A DNA stretch of 64,000 bases, from NCBI GenBank assembly GCA_963778755.1, contig CAVZVJ010000011.1:10226-74225 (forward strand). The letters are read 5' to 3'. The position numbers were made by a program, and so were the translations under genes. The notes under the pieces were generated by a model. It was not told the origin of the DNA. It made no database searches and was given only the letters and a program-made list of their open reading frames with translations. This DNA comes from an uncultured Acidobacteriota bacterium (GTDB taxonomy: Bacteria > Actinomycetota > Acidimicrobiia > Spongiisociales > ZC4RG35). Of the stretch, positions 7,455 to 17,263 are shown one piece after another; the first letter of the stretch is position 1, and the number at the start of each line of letters is the position of its first letter.

Positions 7455-10260
7455 ATGCCGTTCCGTAATCTCAAGTTGCGCAAATCTCGTAACGCACCAA
7501 TATCTCCCCATCACAGGCACAACCATCGACATCAGGCTCCTCGGGCCGCCGCGGATCGAGAAGGCCGGAACGTCAATCGACGTGGACACCAGGAAGGCGA
7601 TTGCGCTCCTCGCCTACCTGACCGTCGAGACGACTGCCACGCGCGACCGGCTGGCGAGCCTCCTGTGGCCCGAGGCCAACACGGAGCGGTCACGAGCCAC
7701 CTTGCGGCGCACGCTCTCCTCGCTGCGCACCGCGGTCGGCCATGAGACAGTTACCGCCGACAGGATCGGCGTGGCTCTCGCTGAAGGCACGCCAAGTGAT
7801 ATCCGCACCTTCACCGACGAGCTCGAAGCGACCTACCACCACGACCATGACCGGGGCGACGTATGTGGTCTTTGCATTCCCCATCTCGAGAAGGCCACCG
7901 TTCTCTACCGGGGTGACTTCCTCGAGGGTTTCTCCATGCGAGACGCCGCCGAGTTCGAGGACTGGGCCCGCACCGTCACCGAGTCGCTTCGGATTCAAGC
8001 CGGGGTCGCCTTTCAACGTCTGGCCATGGCAAGAGCAGCCTCAGGCGACTACTCGGGCGCCCTCGGCGCTGTCCACAACTGGATCGAGCTCGATCCACTC
8101 CACGAGCCCGCCTACCGCCTTCTCATGCTGCTCAACGCCTGGGATGGCGACCGGCCGGGAGCGGTCGAGGCGTACCGGCGATGCGTCGGAGTTCTCGACC
8201 AGGAGCTTGGAGTTCCGCCCCTGGAGGAGACCACCGAGCTCTACGAGGCAATCCTCGATGAGGACCTCCCACCGGCGCCTGGTGTCAGGAGAAAGGTCAA
8301 GGCACAGGCGGTAGCAGTGGCGCAACGTGAGGCCATGATCGACCGGGAGGAGGAGACGGCCACTCTGCTCCAGGCCATGGACAGCCTCTCCGTCACAGGC
8401 AACGTGCTGGTTATCGCTGGGTCGGCATGGATGGGAAAGACCCGTCTGCTCGAGGAGTTGGGCCCGGCCTCGAGGATCTCGGGTCGCTCGGTGCTCTCTG
8501 GTCGCGCCTTCCGAATGGAACAAGATCTGCCTTTCGGGGTGGCGGCCCAACTACTCCGATCCGCCGCACCCCTGATCGACAGAAACCTCGAGTTGCTGCC
8601 CAACTGGGCCATGGGCGAGGTGGCGCGGCTGGTCCCCGAAATTCACCAGGCACCGGTGTCGACCGAAAGCGCCGATCCCTTCGGCGAGCTTCGTCTCTAT
8701 GACGGCGTGCACACGGTGCTCAGCGAACTGGCACGAATCCATCCGATCGTGATCATGATCGACGATGTGCAATGGCTTGACCCAGCGTCGGCGGGTCTCG
8801 TCTCTTACATCGCCAGCCGCCTCGAAACGTCGCCGTTGCTGCTCGTCCTCGCCGTGAGGTCAGGGGAACCACTCTCGGAGGTGACGAGCGAGCTGATCTC
8901 GGCCGCCGGTACCCACATCGACTTGCAGCCACTAACCATCGACCAACTGAGCGACGTTGCCGGCACTCTCGAAGCCGCCACGGAACTTCACCGGAGGACG
9001 GGAGGGATCCCACTTTTGGTGACCGAAGAGTTGTCGGACCGAGGCGACCACGGCCCCGAAGGCCTGGGGATGGTGCGCTACATGGAGTCACGCTTGAGGG
9101 ACATCAGCGACCTGGGTCGACAGGTGGCCACTGCGGCAGCGGTGCTCAACGGTGTCTGTGATGCCGCCTTGCTCCGAGAGACCAGCGGCCGCACCGAGGA
9201 CGAAGTAGTCGACGCCGTCGAGGAGTTGATTGCCGTCGGCTTGTTGCGGGAGCTGCCCGATGGAGACGGCCTGGCATTCAACCTCGATGCCCTGGAGCGG
9301 CTCACCTACGAGTCGACATCCCTGATCAGACGCCGGCTGCTCCACCGGCGTGCGGCATCAGCGCTGGCGGAACGCTCTCACTCCGCATCCGACCCCCGTC
9401 TCGCCGCTGCAGTGGCATTCCAGCTCGAGGGGGCCGGGTCGAGTGAGAGTGTCGAGTGGTACCGGCGCGCCGCCGACCTCTCGCGGGCCGTGTACGCATA
9501 TGCCGAGGCTCGGAGTCTCTACGAGAAGGCCCTCGGACTCGGTGACGCCGACCCCGCTGCAATCCATATGGCGCTTGGGGAGATCGCCATGTCAGTCGGC
9601 GAATACGACCAGGCCCTTCAAGAGCTCAACGGCGCCGCGGCCCTTGCTGACGGCGATCAGCTCGGCCTTGCCGAGCACCGTTTGGGTGAGGTTCAGCGTC
9701 TTGTTGGCCGGTTCCCCTTGGCGGCCGAGCATTACGAACGGGCTTTGGCCCTCCACCCGCAACCTGCGGAGGTGCATGCCGATTGGGCCCTGTTGTTGCA
9801 AAGGACGGGCGATGTCCCCGGAGCCCTCGAGCAGGCCGAGCTAGCTGTTGCGGCTGCCACCACCACCGGGGATCCGAGACAGCTCTCGCGAGCCCAGAAC
9901 ATCCTCGGAGTTATTTCGTCGGACCCGGACACCGCGATGGAGCATCTCGAAGAAGCAATGAGGCTCGCCGGCGAGGACGACCTGCTTCGAATGGCAGCCC
10001 TCAACAACCAGGCGCTGCTCCATACCGCGGCCGGGGAAGATCAACCAGCAGTGGAGTTGATCGAGGAGGCCATCCAGATCGCGGCCAGGACCGGTAATCG
10101 CCACCGGGAGGCCGCTTTGCACAATCATCTCGCCGATATTCACCACAGAGCAGGGCGGGAAGAGGAAGCGGAGCAACAGCTGATGCAAGCCGTCTCATTG
10201 TTCGCCGACGTCCACGCCGGAGGGCAGGAACCTGAGGTTTGGCTCCTCCGCCAGTGGTGA
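7455..10260 (+). CDS. SARP/BTAD transcriptional regulator with STAND-type AAA ATPase and TPR domains (start uncertain)
   Basis: IRLLGPPRI...TRKAIALLAYL wHTH, LYRGDFLEGF and DPLHEPAYRLLM BTAD, Walker A GSAWMGKT, Walker B IDDVQWLD, TPRs, C-terminal EPEVWLLRQW. Coding continues upstream of GTG 7582 with no in-frame start; ATG 7455 or TTG 7476 joins if one extra C near 7508 is removed. Confidence 0.85.
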
Positions 10261-10350
10261 AAGCAAGGATCTCCGACCTGCCTCCAGGTTGAGGCTGTCG
10301 ACCCAGACCGTTTCCTAAAGAACGGTGCTCTGTTTGCCGAAATAGGGCCT

Positions 10351-10623
10351 ATGACCGCATCAACAGCCGAATTCCTCACCGACTGGACTGCCCATCCGAT
10401 CGGCAAGGTTACAAGGGCGCTGATAGCTGTGGTTGGCGTGATCGTGGCCACCCTGGTCATGCTCCTGGCCACCCTCGGAGCCCAGAATCCCTGGATTCTC
10501 ACTTTGGTCGGAGTTGCGCTGGCCGCAACGTCGATCCGTGCGGCGATGGAGCCGAGTGCCATCCGACTGACCACGCTCGGCGTGGTCCTCATGGCAGTCC
10601 CCATCGTCGGCCAAGTCATCTAA
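10351..10623 (+). CDS. Small membrane protein (about 3 TM)
   Basis: 90-aa hydrophobic ORF followed by an intrinsic terminator. Confidence 0.65.
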   Translation: MTASTAEFLTDWTAHPIGKVTRALIAVVGVIVATLVMLLATLGAQNPWILTLVGVALAATSIRAAMEPSAIRLTTLGVVLMAVPIVGQVI

Positions 10624-10663
10624 AGCCCTCTGCGAACGGTCTCAACGACCCGACGCTGACCCA

Positions 10664-10698
10664 CACGGCCACCGGCTAACGGTGGCCGTGTTTTGTTT
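10664..10698 (+). terminator. Rho-independent terminator
   Basis: CACGGCCACCG-gctaa-CGGTGGCCGTG followed by TTTTGTTT. Confidence 0.85.
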
Positions 10699-10709
10699 CA
10701 CGACTTTGA

Positions 10710-10870
10710 CCCAGGGAAGCTCCATAGGGGACATCCCCCATAGGCGACACCACGGGCCCCCGTCAACATCACAGTCGGGGACTTCAGGGAAACCACGTCC
10801 CTTGAAGCGACAATGGGGAACCCATGGGGGGATCGCCTCGGCAGTCCCCCCATGGTTCAACCCCTGATTC
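10710..10870. promoter_or_regulatory. Cluster of GGGGA/TCCCC repeats, candidate NarL-type response regulator sites
   Basis: CCATAGGGGACATC and CCATAGGCGACACC (16-bp period), CAATGGGGAACC, and an inverted pair CCATGGGGG...CCCCCATGG upstream of the kinase. Confidence 0.4.
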
Positions 10871-10935
10871 TCCGAATGGCCATCAACTCAATGCAACGGG
10901 ATCCAATTGACGCCGAAGGGGTAGCTTCGGCCGTG

Positions 10936-12054
10936 ATGACCTCACGATTCAGCCATCGCGGGAGCCCTGAACTCGAGGCCACCCTTCGCCGGATGGTGGT
11001 CATCTTCCGGTTCCTCGGTTTGGTGTGGATGGCCATCCTGGTGGCCATCACCCTTGCAGTTGAGCCCCCACCGAGATTGTGGATCGTCTATGCGTCCGTC
11101 GCCCTCGCTCTGATCTGGACACTGCTCACCTGGTACATGTCCCGAGCCCACCCCAAAGCGATGAGCTCGATCGGGTGGTTTGCCCTCGACTCGCTGGCGA
11201 TGCTCGCCATCGGCGCCGCCTCGGTGGCGTCAGGCGCCGAGGAGTTGTTCCACGGCGGTCTTCCCCTGTCGTTGGTCTTCACCGGGGCGCTGGTCGGCGG
11301 GTTGCCGGGCTCGCTCATCGCCGCGTTGTTGCTCGGCGTGGAACAGTTCCTCGTCCACATCATCGCCAATCTCGGAGCGGTCAGAGCGGCGGGCAGTGTC
11401 ATCTTCTTCGTCGTCGGCGCGATTGTGGGCTGGACCTTCGACAAGCTGCGCGACTACGACATCGCCCGACAGGAGGCCCAGAATCGCCTCGCGGAGGAAC
11501 AGGCTGTGGTGTTGCTCCACGAGCAAAGGGCCGCACTCGCCGACCGGCTCCACGACTCTGTGTTGCAGACCCTGCATGCCATTCGGATGGGAGCCGACGA
11601 CCCAGCGCAATCTCGCTATCTCGCCAGACGCCAGGAACGCGAGCTCCGTCGCAATATCGAGGAGTGGCGCTCCGACTACCCCAACAGCTTCCGCGCCTCG
11701 CTGCTCGCGGTCCGAGACGAGATCGAAGACACTCATCGGGTCGAGATCGAGGCAGTGATCCGTGACGACGCCCAGCTCAACGCCAGTCTCAGCGCAGCCG
11801 TTGAGGCGGCCCGGGAGGCCTTGGCCAATGCCGCTAAACACTCCGGCTCGCCGAACATCGCCCTCTACGCCGAGTTCAGCAACGGTGATGCTCACATCCA
11901 CGTCAGGGACCGGGGAACCGGGTTCCGGGACGAGGCGGCGCGGATGCGGGTCCACGAGCGTCTAGCCAAACGAGTCGAATCGGTTGGTGGCGTGGTTGAC
12001 ATCGACTCAGGGCGCGAATCGGGCACCGAGATCAAAATCACCGTTGAGGTTTGA
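10936..12054 (+). CDS. Membrane sensor histidine kinase (NarX/LiaS-like, resembles actinobacterial PspC-associated kinases)
   Basis: About 6 TM, H-box RLHDSVLQTL, ARRQERELR, EALANAAKHS, VRDRGTGF; start uncertain (10891-10936). Confidence 0.85.
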   Translation: MTSRFSHRGSPELEATLRRMVVIFRFLGLVWMAILVAITLAVEPPPRLWIVYASVALALIWTLLTWYMSRAHPKAMSSIGWFALDSLAMLAIGAASVASGAEELFHGGLPLSLVFTGALVGGLPGSLIAALLLGVEQFLVHIIANLGAVRAAGSVIFFVVGAIVGWTFDKLRDYDIARQEAQNRLAEEQAVVLLHEQRAALADRLHDSVLQTLHAIRMGADDPAQSRYLARRQERELRRNIEEWRSDYPNSFRASLLAVRDEIEDTHRVEIEAVIRDDAQLNASLSAAVEAAREALANAAKHSGSPNIALYAEFSNGDAHIHVRDRGTGFRDEAARMRVHERLAKRVESVGGVVDIDSGRESGTEIKITVEV

Positions 12055-12704
12055 ACATGACGGACAGACTTCGCATCCTTCTCGTCGATGATCACGATGT
12101 CGTCCGCGCCGGGATGCGAGCCATCCTCGATCATTCGTTTGACATCGTCGGCGAAGCCGACAACGTGGACAGCGCGATCGAATTGACCCGGGAGCGAAAT
12201 CCGCAATTGGTCGTTCTCGATGTCAAGCTCCCGGGAGGCGGCGGGGCTTCGGTCATCGACGCCATTCGCCCCCAACAGCCAGACGTCCGGTTCATGGCGC
12301 TCACCGTTTCCACATCACGCGAGGACGTGGCGCGGCTGATGGAGGCCGGAGTCGACGGTTACATCACCAAGACCACCTTGGGGACCGACCTCCCCGACTT
12401 GATCCACCAGACCTACGCCGGAGCGCGACCGGTCTCACCTGATGTGGCCGGCTACCTGCTCGACATCGACGAAGACATCGTCGCCGAGTCGTCGATCTCG
12501 AGACTGACCCCACGGGAGCGGGAAGTGGTGAATCTGATCGCCAGGGGATACACCTACCGGGAGACCGCATCGAGGATGGGGATCCGGGTCAAGACCCTGG
12601 AGAACCACATGGCCCACATCTTCGACAAGCTGAGCGTGGCCAGCCGTCACGAATTGACCGCGCTGGCTTACGAAGAGGGTTATCTGCGGCCTGACGATCA
12701 CTGA
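12051..12704 (+). CDS. NarL/LuxR-family response regulator
   Basis: LLVDDH, VLDVKLP receiver; LTPREREVVNLIARG...TLENHMAHIFDKL LuxR HTH; 4-bp overlap with the kinase. Confidence 0.92.
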   Translation: MNMTDRLRILLVDDHDVVRAGMRAILDHSFDIVGEADNVDSAIELTRERNPQLVVLDVKLPGGGGASVIDAIRPQQPDVRFMALTVSTSREDVARLMEAGVDGYITKTTLGTDLPDLIHQTYAGARPVSPDVAGYLLDIDEDIVAESSISRLTPREREVVNLIARGYTYRETASRMGIRVKTLENHMAHIFDKLSVASRHELTALAYEEGYLRPDDH

Positions 12705-12716
12705 GCTCTACTGCCA

Positions 12717-12871
12717 ACCCCCCATCGTCCTCGCTTTGCTCGCCCCTTCAAAGGGGGGACAACCCCACCCCGGTGTCCGACCTAGGCCGTCTGGTGGGAC
12801 AACCGGGTTGTCCCCCTGGGAAGCGGGGGGACGACGCCAGCGAGCGCAGCGAGCGCGTCGAGGGGGGCGGA
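12717..12871. repeat. Inverted pair of REP-like units between convergent genes
   Basis: Both units read CCCCCC...TCGCT(T/G)(T/C)GCTCG...C-run/loop/G-run hairpin-ACAACCC, one on each strand. Confidence 0.6.
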
Positions 12872-12874
12872 CTC

Positions 12875-13852
12875 CTAAAACTGCAGCGCGGCAGAGGCCC
12901 AGTGCAGGCCGGCTCCGAAGGCGGTCAGCACCACCAGGTCCCCATCCTTGATCCGGCCGGTCTCGACCGCCTCCCATAGGGCGAAGGGCACCGTAGCCGA
13001 GCCGGTGTTCCCGTACTCCTGGATGTTCACGTAGACCTGTTCCTCGCTCAGACCCAGTCTGCGCCCGATGGCGTCGATGATCCTCAGATTCGCCTGATGA
13101 GGGATGACCAGGTCGACATCGTCGGTGGACTTCTCGATCCGGGCAAGAAGATCCTCCACGGAGGCACTCATCCGTTTCACCGCCTCGGTGAAGACTCTCG
13201 GGCCGTCCATGACCAGCCGGTTGTAGTCCCCGGCCGCCAGGCTCGCCTCGTTGAACGGGTTCCTGGTGCCCCCGGTGGCAAGGGTCAGGATCCCGGCCTG
13301 GGAGCCATCGGTTCCCGAGACCACCTCGAGCAGCTTTGCCCGCCCGCCCTCAGGACCCAGCACCACGGCACCGGCGGCGTCGCCAAAGAGGACCGAAGTG
13401 GCCCGGTCGGTCCAATCGAGGAGCCTGGTGATGAGCTCGACGCCGACTACAAGGATGTTCCGCGGGGAGAAGGCGATGCGGGCGCGTGCGATATCCAGCG
13501 CCTGGACAAACCCTGCGCAGCCGCTCCCACCAAGGTCGTAGACCGGTATGAAGTCACAGCCGAGACGATGCTGGAGGAGGGCGGCTGTGTCGGGGGTGTA
13601 GAGCTCTGGGGTGTCTGTGGCAATGATGATCTCGCCGATGTCGGCAGGGATCAGGCCGGCGTCCTTGATGGCGACCTCGGCGGCATTCGCTGCCAGGGTA
13701 AGCGTGGTCTCATCCTCGGCGGCAACCCGACGACGCTTGATGCCGGTCCGCTGGGTGATCCACTCGTCGGTGGTGTCAACCAGGAGAGCCCAATCGTCAT
13801 TGGTCATGACTCGTTCGGGGACATACCCCCCGAAACCAAGGAACGCTGCCAT
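12875..13852 (-). CDS. fabH: Beta-ketoacyl-ACP synthase III
   Basis: WITQRTGIKRRR, GSGCAGF catalytic Cys, FGDAAGA, PHQANLRII, YGNTGSA, FGAGL. Confidence 0.9.
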   Translation of the reverse strand: MAAFLGFGGYVPERVMTNDDWALLVDTTDEWITQRTGIKRRRVAAEDETTLTLAANAAEVAIKDAGLIPADIGEIIIATDTPELYTPDTAALLQHRLGCDFIPVYDLGGSGCAGFVQALDIARARIAFSPRNILVVGVELITRLLDWTDRATSVLFGDAAGAVVLGPEGGRAKLLEVVSGTDGSQAGILTLATGGTRNPFNEASLAAGDYNRLVMDGPRVFTEAVKRMSASVEDLLARIEKSTDDVDLVIPHQANLRIIDAIGRRLGLSEEQVYVNIQEYGNTGSATVPFALWEAVETGRIKDGDLVVLTAFGAGLHWASAALQF

Positions 13853-13936
13853 CGCGATTCAGGTTAGGGCCGTTCGCAGAGCACCCGACAACGGCCTAGA
13901 TTTCGTGAGAGGCTTCGAACAGGCAGGGAAGAACGA

Positions 13937-14209
13937 ATGGGATGGACTCGCGAACAACCACCTTGTGAGCACCTCGGCCTGATTCAAGAGGTCGAGCCGG
14001 CCAGCGCCGGCTGTGGCGAGTGCCTCGCGATCGGCGACACCTGGGTCCACCTTCGACTTTGCCTTATCTGCGGAAATGTCGGCTGCTGCGACCAGTCGAA
14101 GAACACACATGCCCGCAAGCACGCCGCCTCCTCCGGGCATCCGATTGTTCGCTCGTTCGAGCCCGGCGAAGATTGGCGTTGGTGTTTTCCGGACAATCGA
14201 TTCGTCTGA
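13937..14209 (+). CDS. Stand-alone UBP-type zinc finger protein
   Basis: CEH...CGEC...WVHLRLCLICGNVGCCDQSKNTHARKH...WRWCFPD. Confidence 0.88.
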   Translation: MGWTREQPPCEHLGLIQEVEPASAGCGECLAIGDTWVHLRLCLICGNVGCCDQSKNTHARKHAASSGHPIVRSFEPGEDWRWCFPDNRFV

Positions 14210-14212
14210 ACT

Positions 14213-15865
14213 ATGCCAAAGCCTGTGATCATGACCGTGGACGACGACCCTGAGGTGCTCCGGGCGGTCCAGCGCGATCTGCGGCGTCACTACAGCGAGG
14301 AGTTCCGGGTGGTTGCCGCCAATTCTGGCGCCGAAGCCCTGGAGACTCTCAAGGACCTGAGCCTCCGAAACGAGCCCGTCGCCTTGCTCCTGGTCGACCA
14401 GCGGATGCCTGACATGTCGGGAGTCCAATTCCTGGCGCAGACCCTGGAGCGCCTGCCAGACACAAAGAAGGCCCTGCTCACGGCCTATGCCGACACCGAA
14501 GCTGCGATCGCGGCCATCAACGAGGTGTCCCTCGACCACTACATCATGAAGCCCTGGGACCCGCCGGAAGAGCGTCTCTACCCGGTCCTCGACGACCTGC
14601 TCGAGGATTGGTGGGATCACTTCACACCGCGCTTCGAGGGAATCAGCGTGATCGGGAACCGTTGGGGGCGAGCCACTCACGACGTCCGAGCCTTCCTCGC
14701 CCGCAATCAGGTCCCCTATCGCTCGCTTGACCTCGGCACCGACGACCAGGCCGAGGCGCTGCTCGCCGATGTCGGCGGCGACCCCACACTGCTTCCGGTT
14801 GTGCTCTTGCCCGATGGGACCGTCCTCGTCCAGCCGACTACCGCTGATGTCGCCAACCGGATCGGTCTGAAGACCCAGCCCACCGAGCGCAACTACGACC
14901 TGGTGATCGTGGGCGCCGGGCCGGCCGGTCTCGCCGCCGCCGTGTATGGGGCGTCTGAGGGCCTGGCCACCCTTCTCGTCGAGAGTGAGGCTCCCGGAGG
15001 CCAGGCCGGCCAAAGCGCCCGCATCGAGAACTACCTCGGCTTCCCCAAGGGCCTGAGTGGCAGTGATCTCTCGAGACGGGCAGTCACCCAGGCGACCAGG
15101 TTCGGAGCCGAGATCCTGACCCCTGCCGAGGTCGTCTCAGTGACCCGGCACGACCCCTTCCGGACCGTCGGTCTCAACGATGGCACCGAGGTGAGCACCA
15201 AGGCGCTTCTGATCACAACCGGCGTCTCCTACACCAAGCTCGACGTACCTGGCATCGAGGACCTGACCGGTGCCGGCGTCTACTACGGGACCTCCCGGAT
15301 CGAGGGGGCCGCGCATCGCGATGAGCCAATGTTCATCATCGGGGCGGGCAACTCGGCGGGCCAGGCGGCCATGTTCCTCTCCCGATTTGGATCCAGCGTG
15401 ACGGTGATGGTGCGAGGCGATTCCCTGGCGGAATTCATGTCTCAATACCTGATCGACGCGATAACCGCGGAGGAAAACATCTTCGTCCGCTACCAAAGCC
15501 AACTCGTCGAGGCTCGGGGTGACACTCATCTCGAGCAGTTGGTGATCAAGGATCTGGCAACCGAGGAGACCGAGGTCGTTCCGGCCGGGGCGTTGTTCAT
15601 CTTCATCGGCCAATCCGCCCGCACCGAATGGGTCGGGGCCGACGTCGATCGAGATGACAGAGGGTTCATCCTCTCCGGTTCCGACTGCGGCCCGAACCCC
15701 AAGGGGTGGAATCTCCAGCGTTCACCCCTCCCCTTTGAGACTTCGGTCCCCGGGATCTTTGTCGCCGGCGACGTGCGCCACGGCTCGGTGAAGCGGGTCG
15801 CCTCATCGACCGGGGAGGGAGCAATGGCCGTCCGCTTCATTCACGAGCATCTGGCCGACTTGTGA
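14213..15865 (+). CDS. Receiver domain fused to thioredoxin reductase-like FAD/NADPH oxidoreductase
   Basis: TVDDD, LVDQRMP, LLTAY, KPW receiver; GAGPAGLAAA, GAGNSAGQAA, GIFVAGDVR flavoprotein motifs. Confidence 0.9.
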   Translation: MPKPVIMTVDDDPEVLRAVQRDLRRHYSEEFRVVAANSGAEALETLKDLSLRNEPVALLLVDQRMPDMSGVQFLAQTLERLPDTKKALLTAYADTEAAIAAINEVSLDHYIMKPWDPPEERLYPVLDDLLEDWWDHFTPRFEGISVIGNRWGRATHDVRAFLARNQVPYRSLDLGTDDQAEALLADVGGDPTLLPVVLLPDGTVLVQPTTADVANRIGLKTQPTERNYDLVIVGAGPAGLAAAVYGASEGLATLLVESEAPGGQAGQSARIENYLGFPKGLSGSDLSRRAVTQATRFGAEILTPAEVVSVTRHDPFRTVGLNDGTEVSTKALLITTGVSYTKLDVPGIEDLTGAGVYYGTSRIEGAAHRDEPMFIIGAGNSAGQAAMFLSRFGSSVTVMVRGDSLAEFMSQYLIDAITAEENIFVRYQSQLVEARGDTHLEQLVIKDLATEETEVVPAGALFIFIGQSARTEWVGADVDRDDRGFILSGSDCGPNPKGWNLQRSPLPFETSVPGIFVAGDVRHGSVKRVASSTGEGAMAVRFIHEHLADL

Positions 15866-17259
15866 ACACGATCTACGAACAGCTCAGAAAGCTCCCCTAC
15901 TTCGAAGATCTCCCCGAACGCCTCCTCCTACGGGTGTGCATTGCGTCCGAGCAACTTCACGCTGCTCCGGACGAGGTGATCATCGAAGAGGGCTCCATGA
16001 GCGACGGCCTCTACGTGGTGACCGAGGGCGAGCTCGAAGTCACCAAGATGAGTGCCGGGCGATCGATCGCATTGGCTCGCGTTGGCGCCGGCGCGGTGCT
16101 CGGCGAGATCTCCCTCCTCGACGATGTCCCCAGAATCGCCACGGTCAGGGCATTGACAGATGTGGAGTACATCAAGGTGCCCTCTGACACATTCACCGAG
16201 TTGTTGGACAACCCGAAGATGGTGCTCAGGATGCTGCGAACAGTCACCTCGCGCCTCAGGGAGACAGAGGGATTGGTGCGGAGTGAGGAGCGGATGGCCG
16301 GGCTCGGCCGCATGGCCGCCGGCCTCATGCACGAGATCAACAATCCGATGGCCGCCATCAGACACGGGACGAACTCGGGCCGGGCGATCATCGAGGACCT
16401 GGGTGACACCGCGCGCCGCCTCTCCACGAAGGGTGTGGTGCTGCCGGAGGAGACCCCATCGGAGCCACAGTCGGGGGAGATGAGTGCTCTGGCCAGGGCC
16501 GACGCCGAAGACGCCTTGGGTGAATGGCTCTCCGGTCTCGGGATCAGTGATGGCTGGGAGCTGGCCCCGTCGCTCCTCGACGCCGGTTGGACCGAGGAGA
16601 CCCTGGGCAAGCTCGTTCCCGACGCCGACCCTGAGACGAGGGCCGACCTGCTCCGTTGGCTCGGTCTCCGGCTGCTGGGGATCCAGGTCGCCACCGAGGT
16701 CAAGATCGGCGCCGACCGTGTCGCGGAGTTGATCCAGGCCGTCAAGGAGTTTTCTTACCTGGATCAGGGATCGATCCAGACCGTCAACCTCAAGTCCTCC
16801 ATCGAAAACGCCTTGGTGCTGCTGAAGCACAGATTGAAGGGAGGGGTCACGGTGATCAAGGAGTACGACCCTGACCTGCCCGAGATCGAGGCCTTCGGCG
16901 CCGAGCTGAGTCAGGTCTGGATCAATCTGATCGACAACGCCATCTACGCCATGGACGGCGAGGGCGTGCTGACCATCACTGCTACCCGGGACGGGGACGG
17001 CGTTCTGGTGACCATGGGCGACACGGGTACCGGCATTCCTGACGATGTCGCCTCCCGCATTTTCGACCCCTTTTTCACCACCAAGGAGCCGGGAGTGGGG
17101 ACCGGTCTCGGCCTGGCGACCGTGCATTCGATCGTGGCCCGCCATGGTGGCCAACTCGACTTCGTGACCGGTCCCTCGGGAACGACTTTTCGGGCCCGGC
17201 TCCTGCTCAAGCTCCCCGACGCCACTCGCGGCTCAGAGGGAGGCACAGGTCAGGGTTGA
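15862..17259 (+). CDS. Cytoplasmic histidine kinase with N-terminal cyclic nucleotide-binding domain
   Basis: LGEISLLDDVPRIATVRA cNBD; MHEINNP H-box; QVWINLIDNA, DTGTGIP, FFTTKEPGVGTGLGL. Confidence 0.92.
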   Translation: MNTIYEQLRKLPYFEDLPERLLLRVCIASEQLHAAPDEVIIEEGSMSDGLYVVTEGELEVTKMSAGRSIALARVGAGAVLGEISLLDDVPRIATVRALTDVEYIKVPSDTFTELLDNPKMVLRMLRTVTSRLRETEGLVRSEERMAGLGRMAAGLMHEINNPMAAIRHGTNSGRAIIEDLGDTARRLSTKGVVLPEETPSEPQSGEMSALARADAEDALGEWLSGLGISDGWELAPSLLDAGWTEETLGKLVPDADPETRADLLRWLGLRLLGIQVATEVKIGADRVAELIQAVKEFSYLDQGSIQTVNLKSSIENALVLLKHRLKGGVTVIKEYDPDLPEIEAFGAELSQVWINLIDNAIYAMDGEGVLTITATRDGDGVLVTMGDTGTGIPDDVASRIFDPFFTTKEPGVGTGLGLATVHSIVARHGGQLDFVTGPSGTTFRARLLLKLPDATRGSEGGTGQG

Positions 17260-17263
17260 CCGG

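Noticed and set aside
7478-7510. Sixth GTAACG promoter site at 7489
   Set aside because: It has no partner repeat at 11 bp and no -10 at the expected distance; similar isolated GTAACG words at 37429, 38279 and 43925 are in coding sequence and were also excluded.
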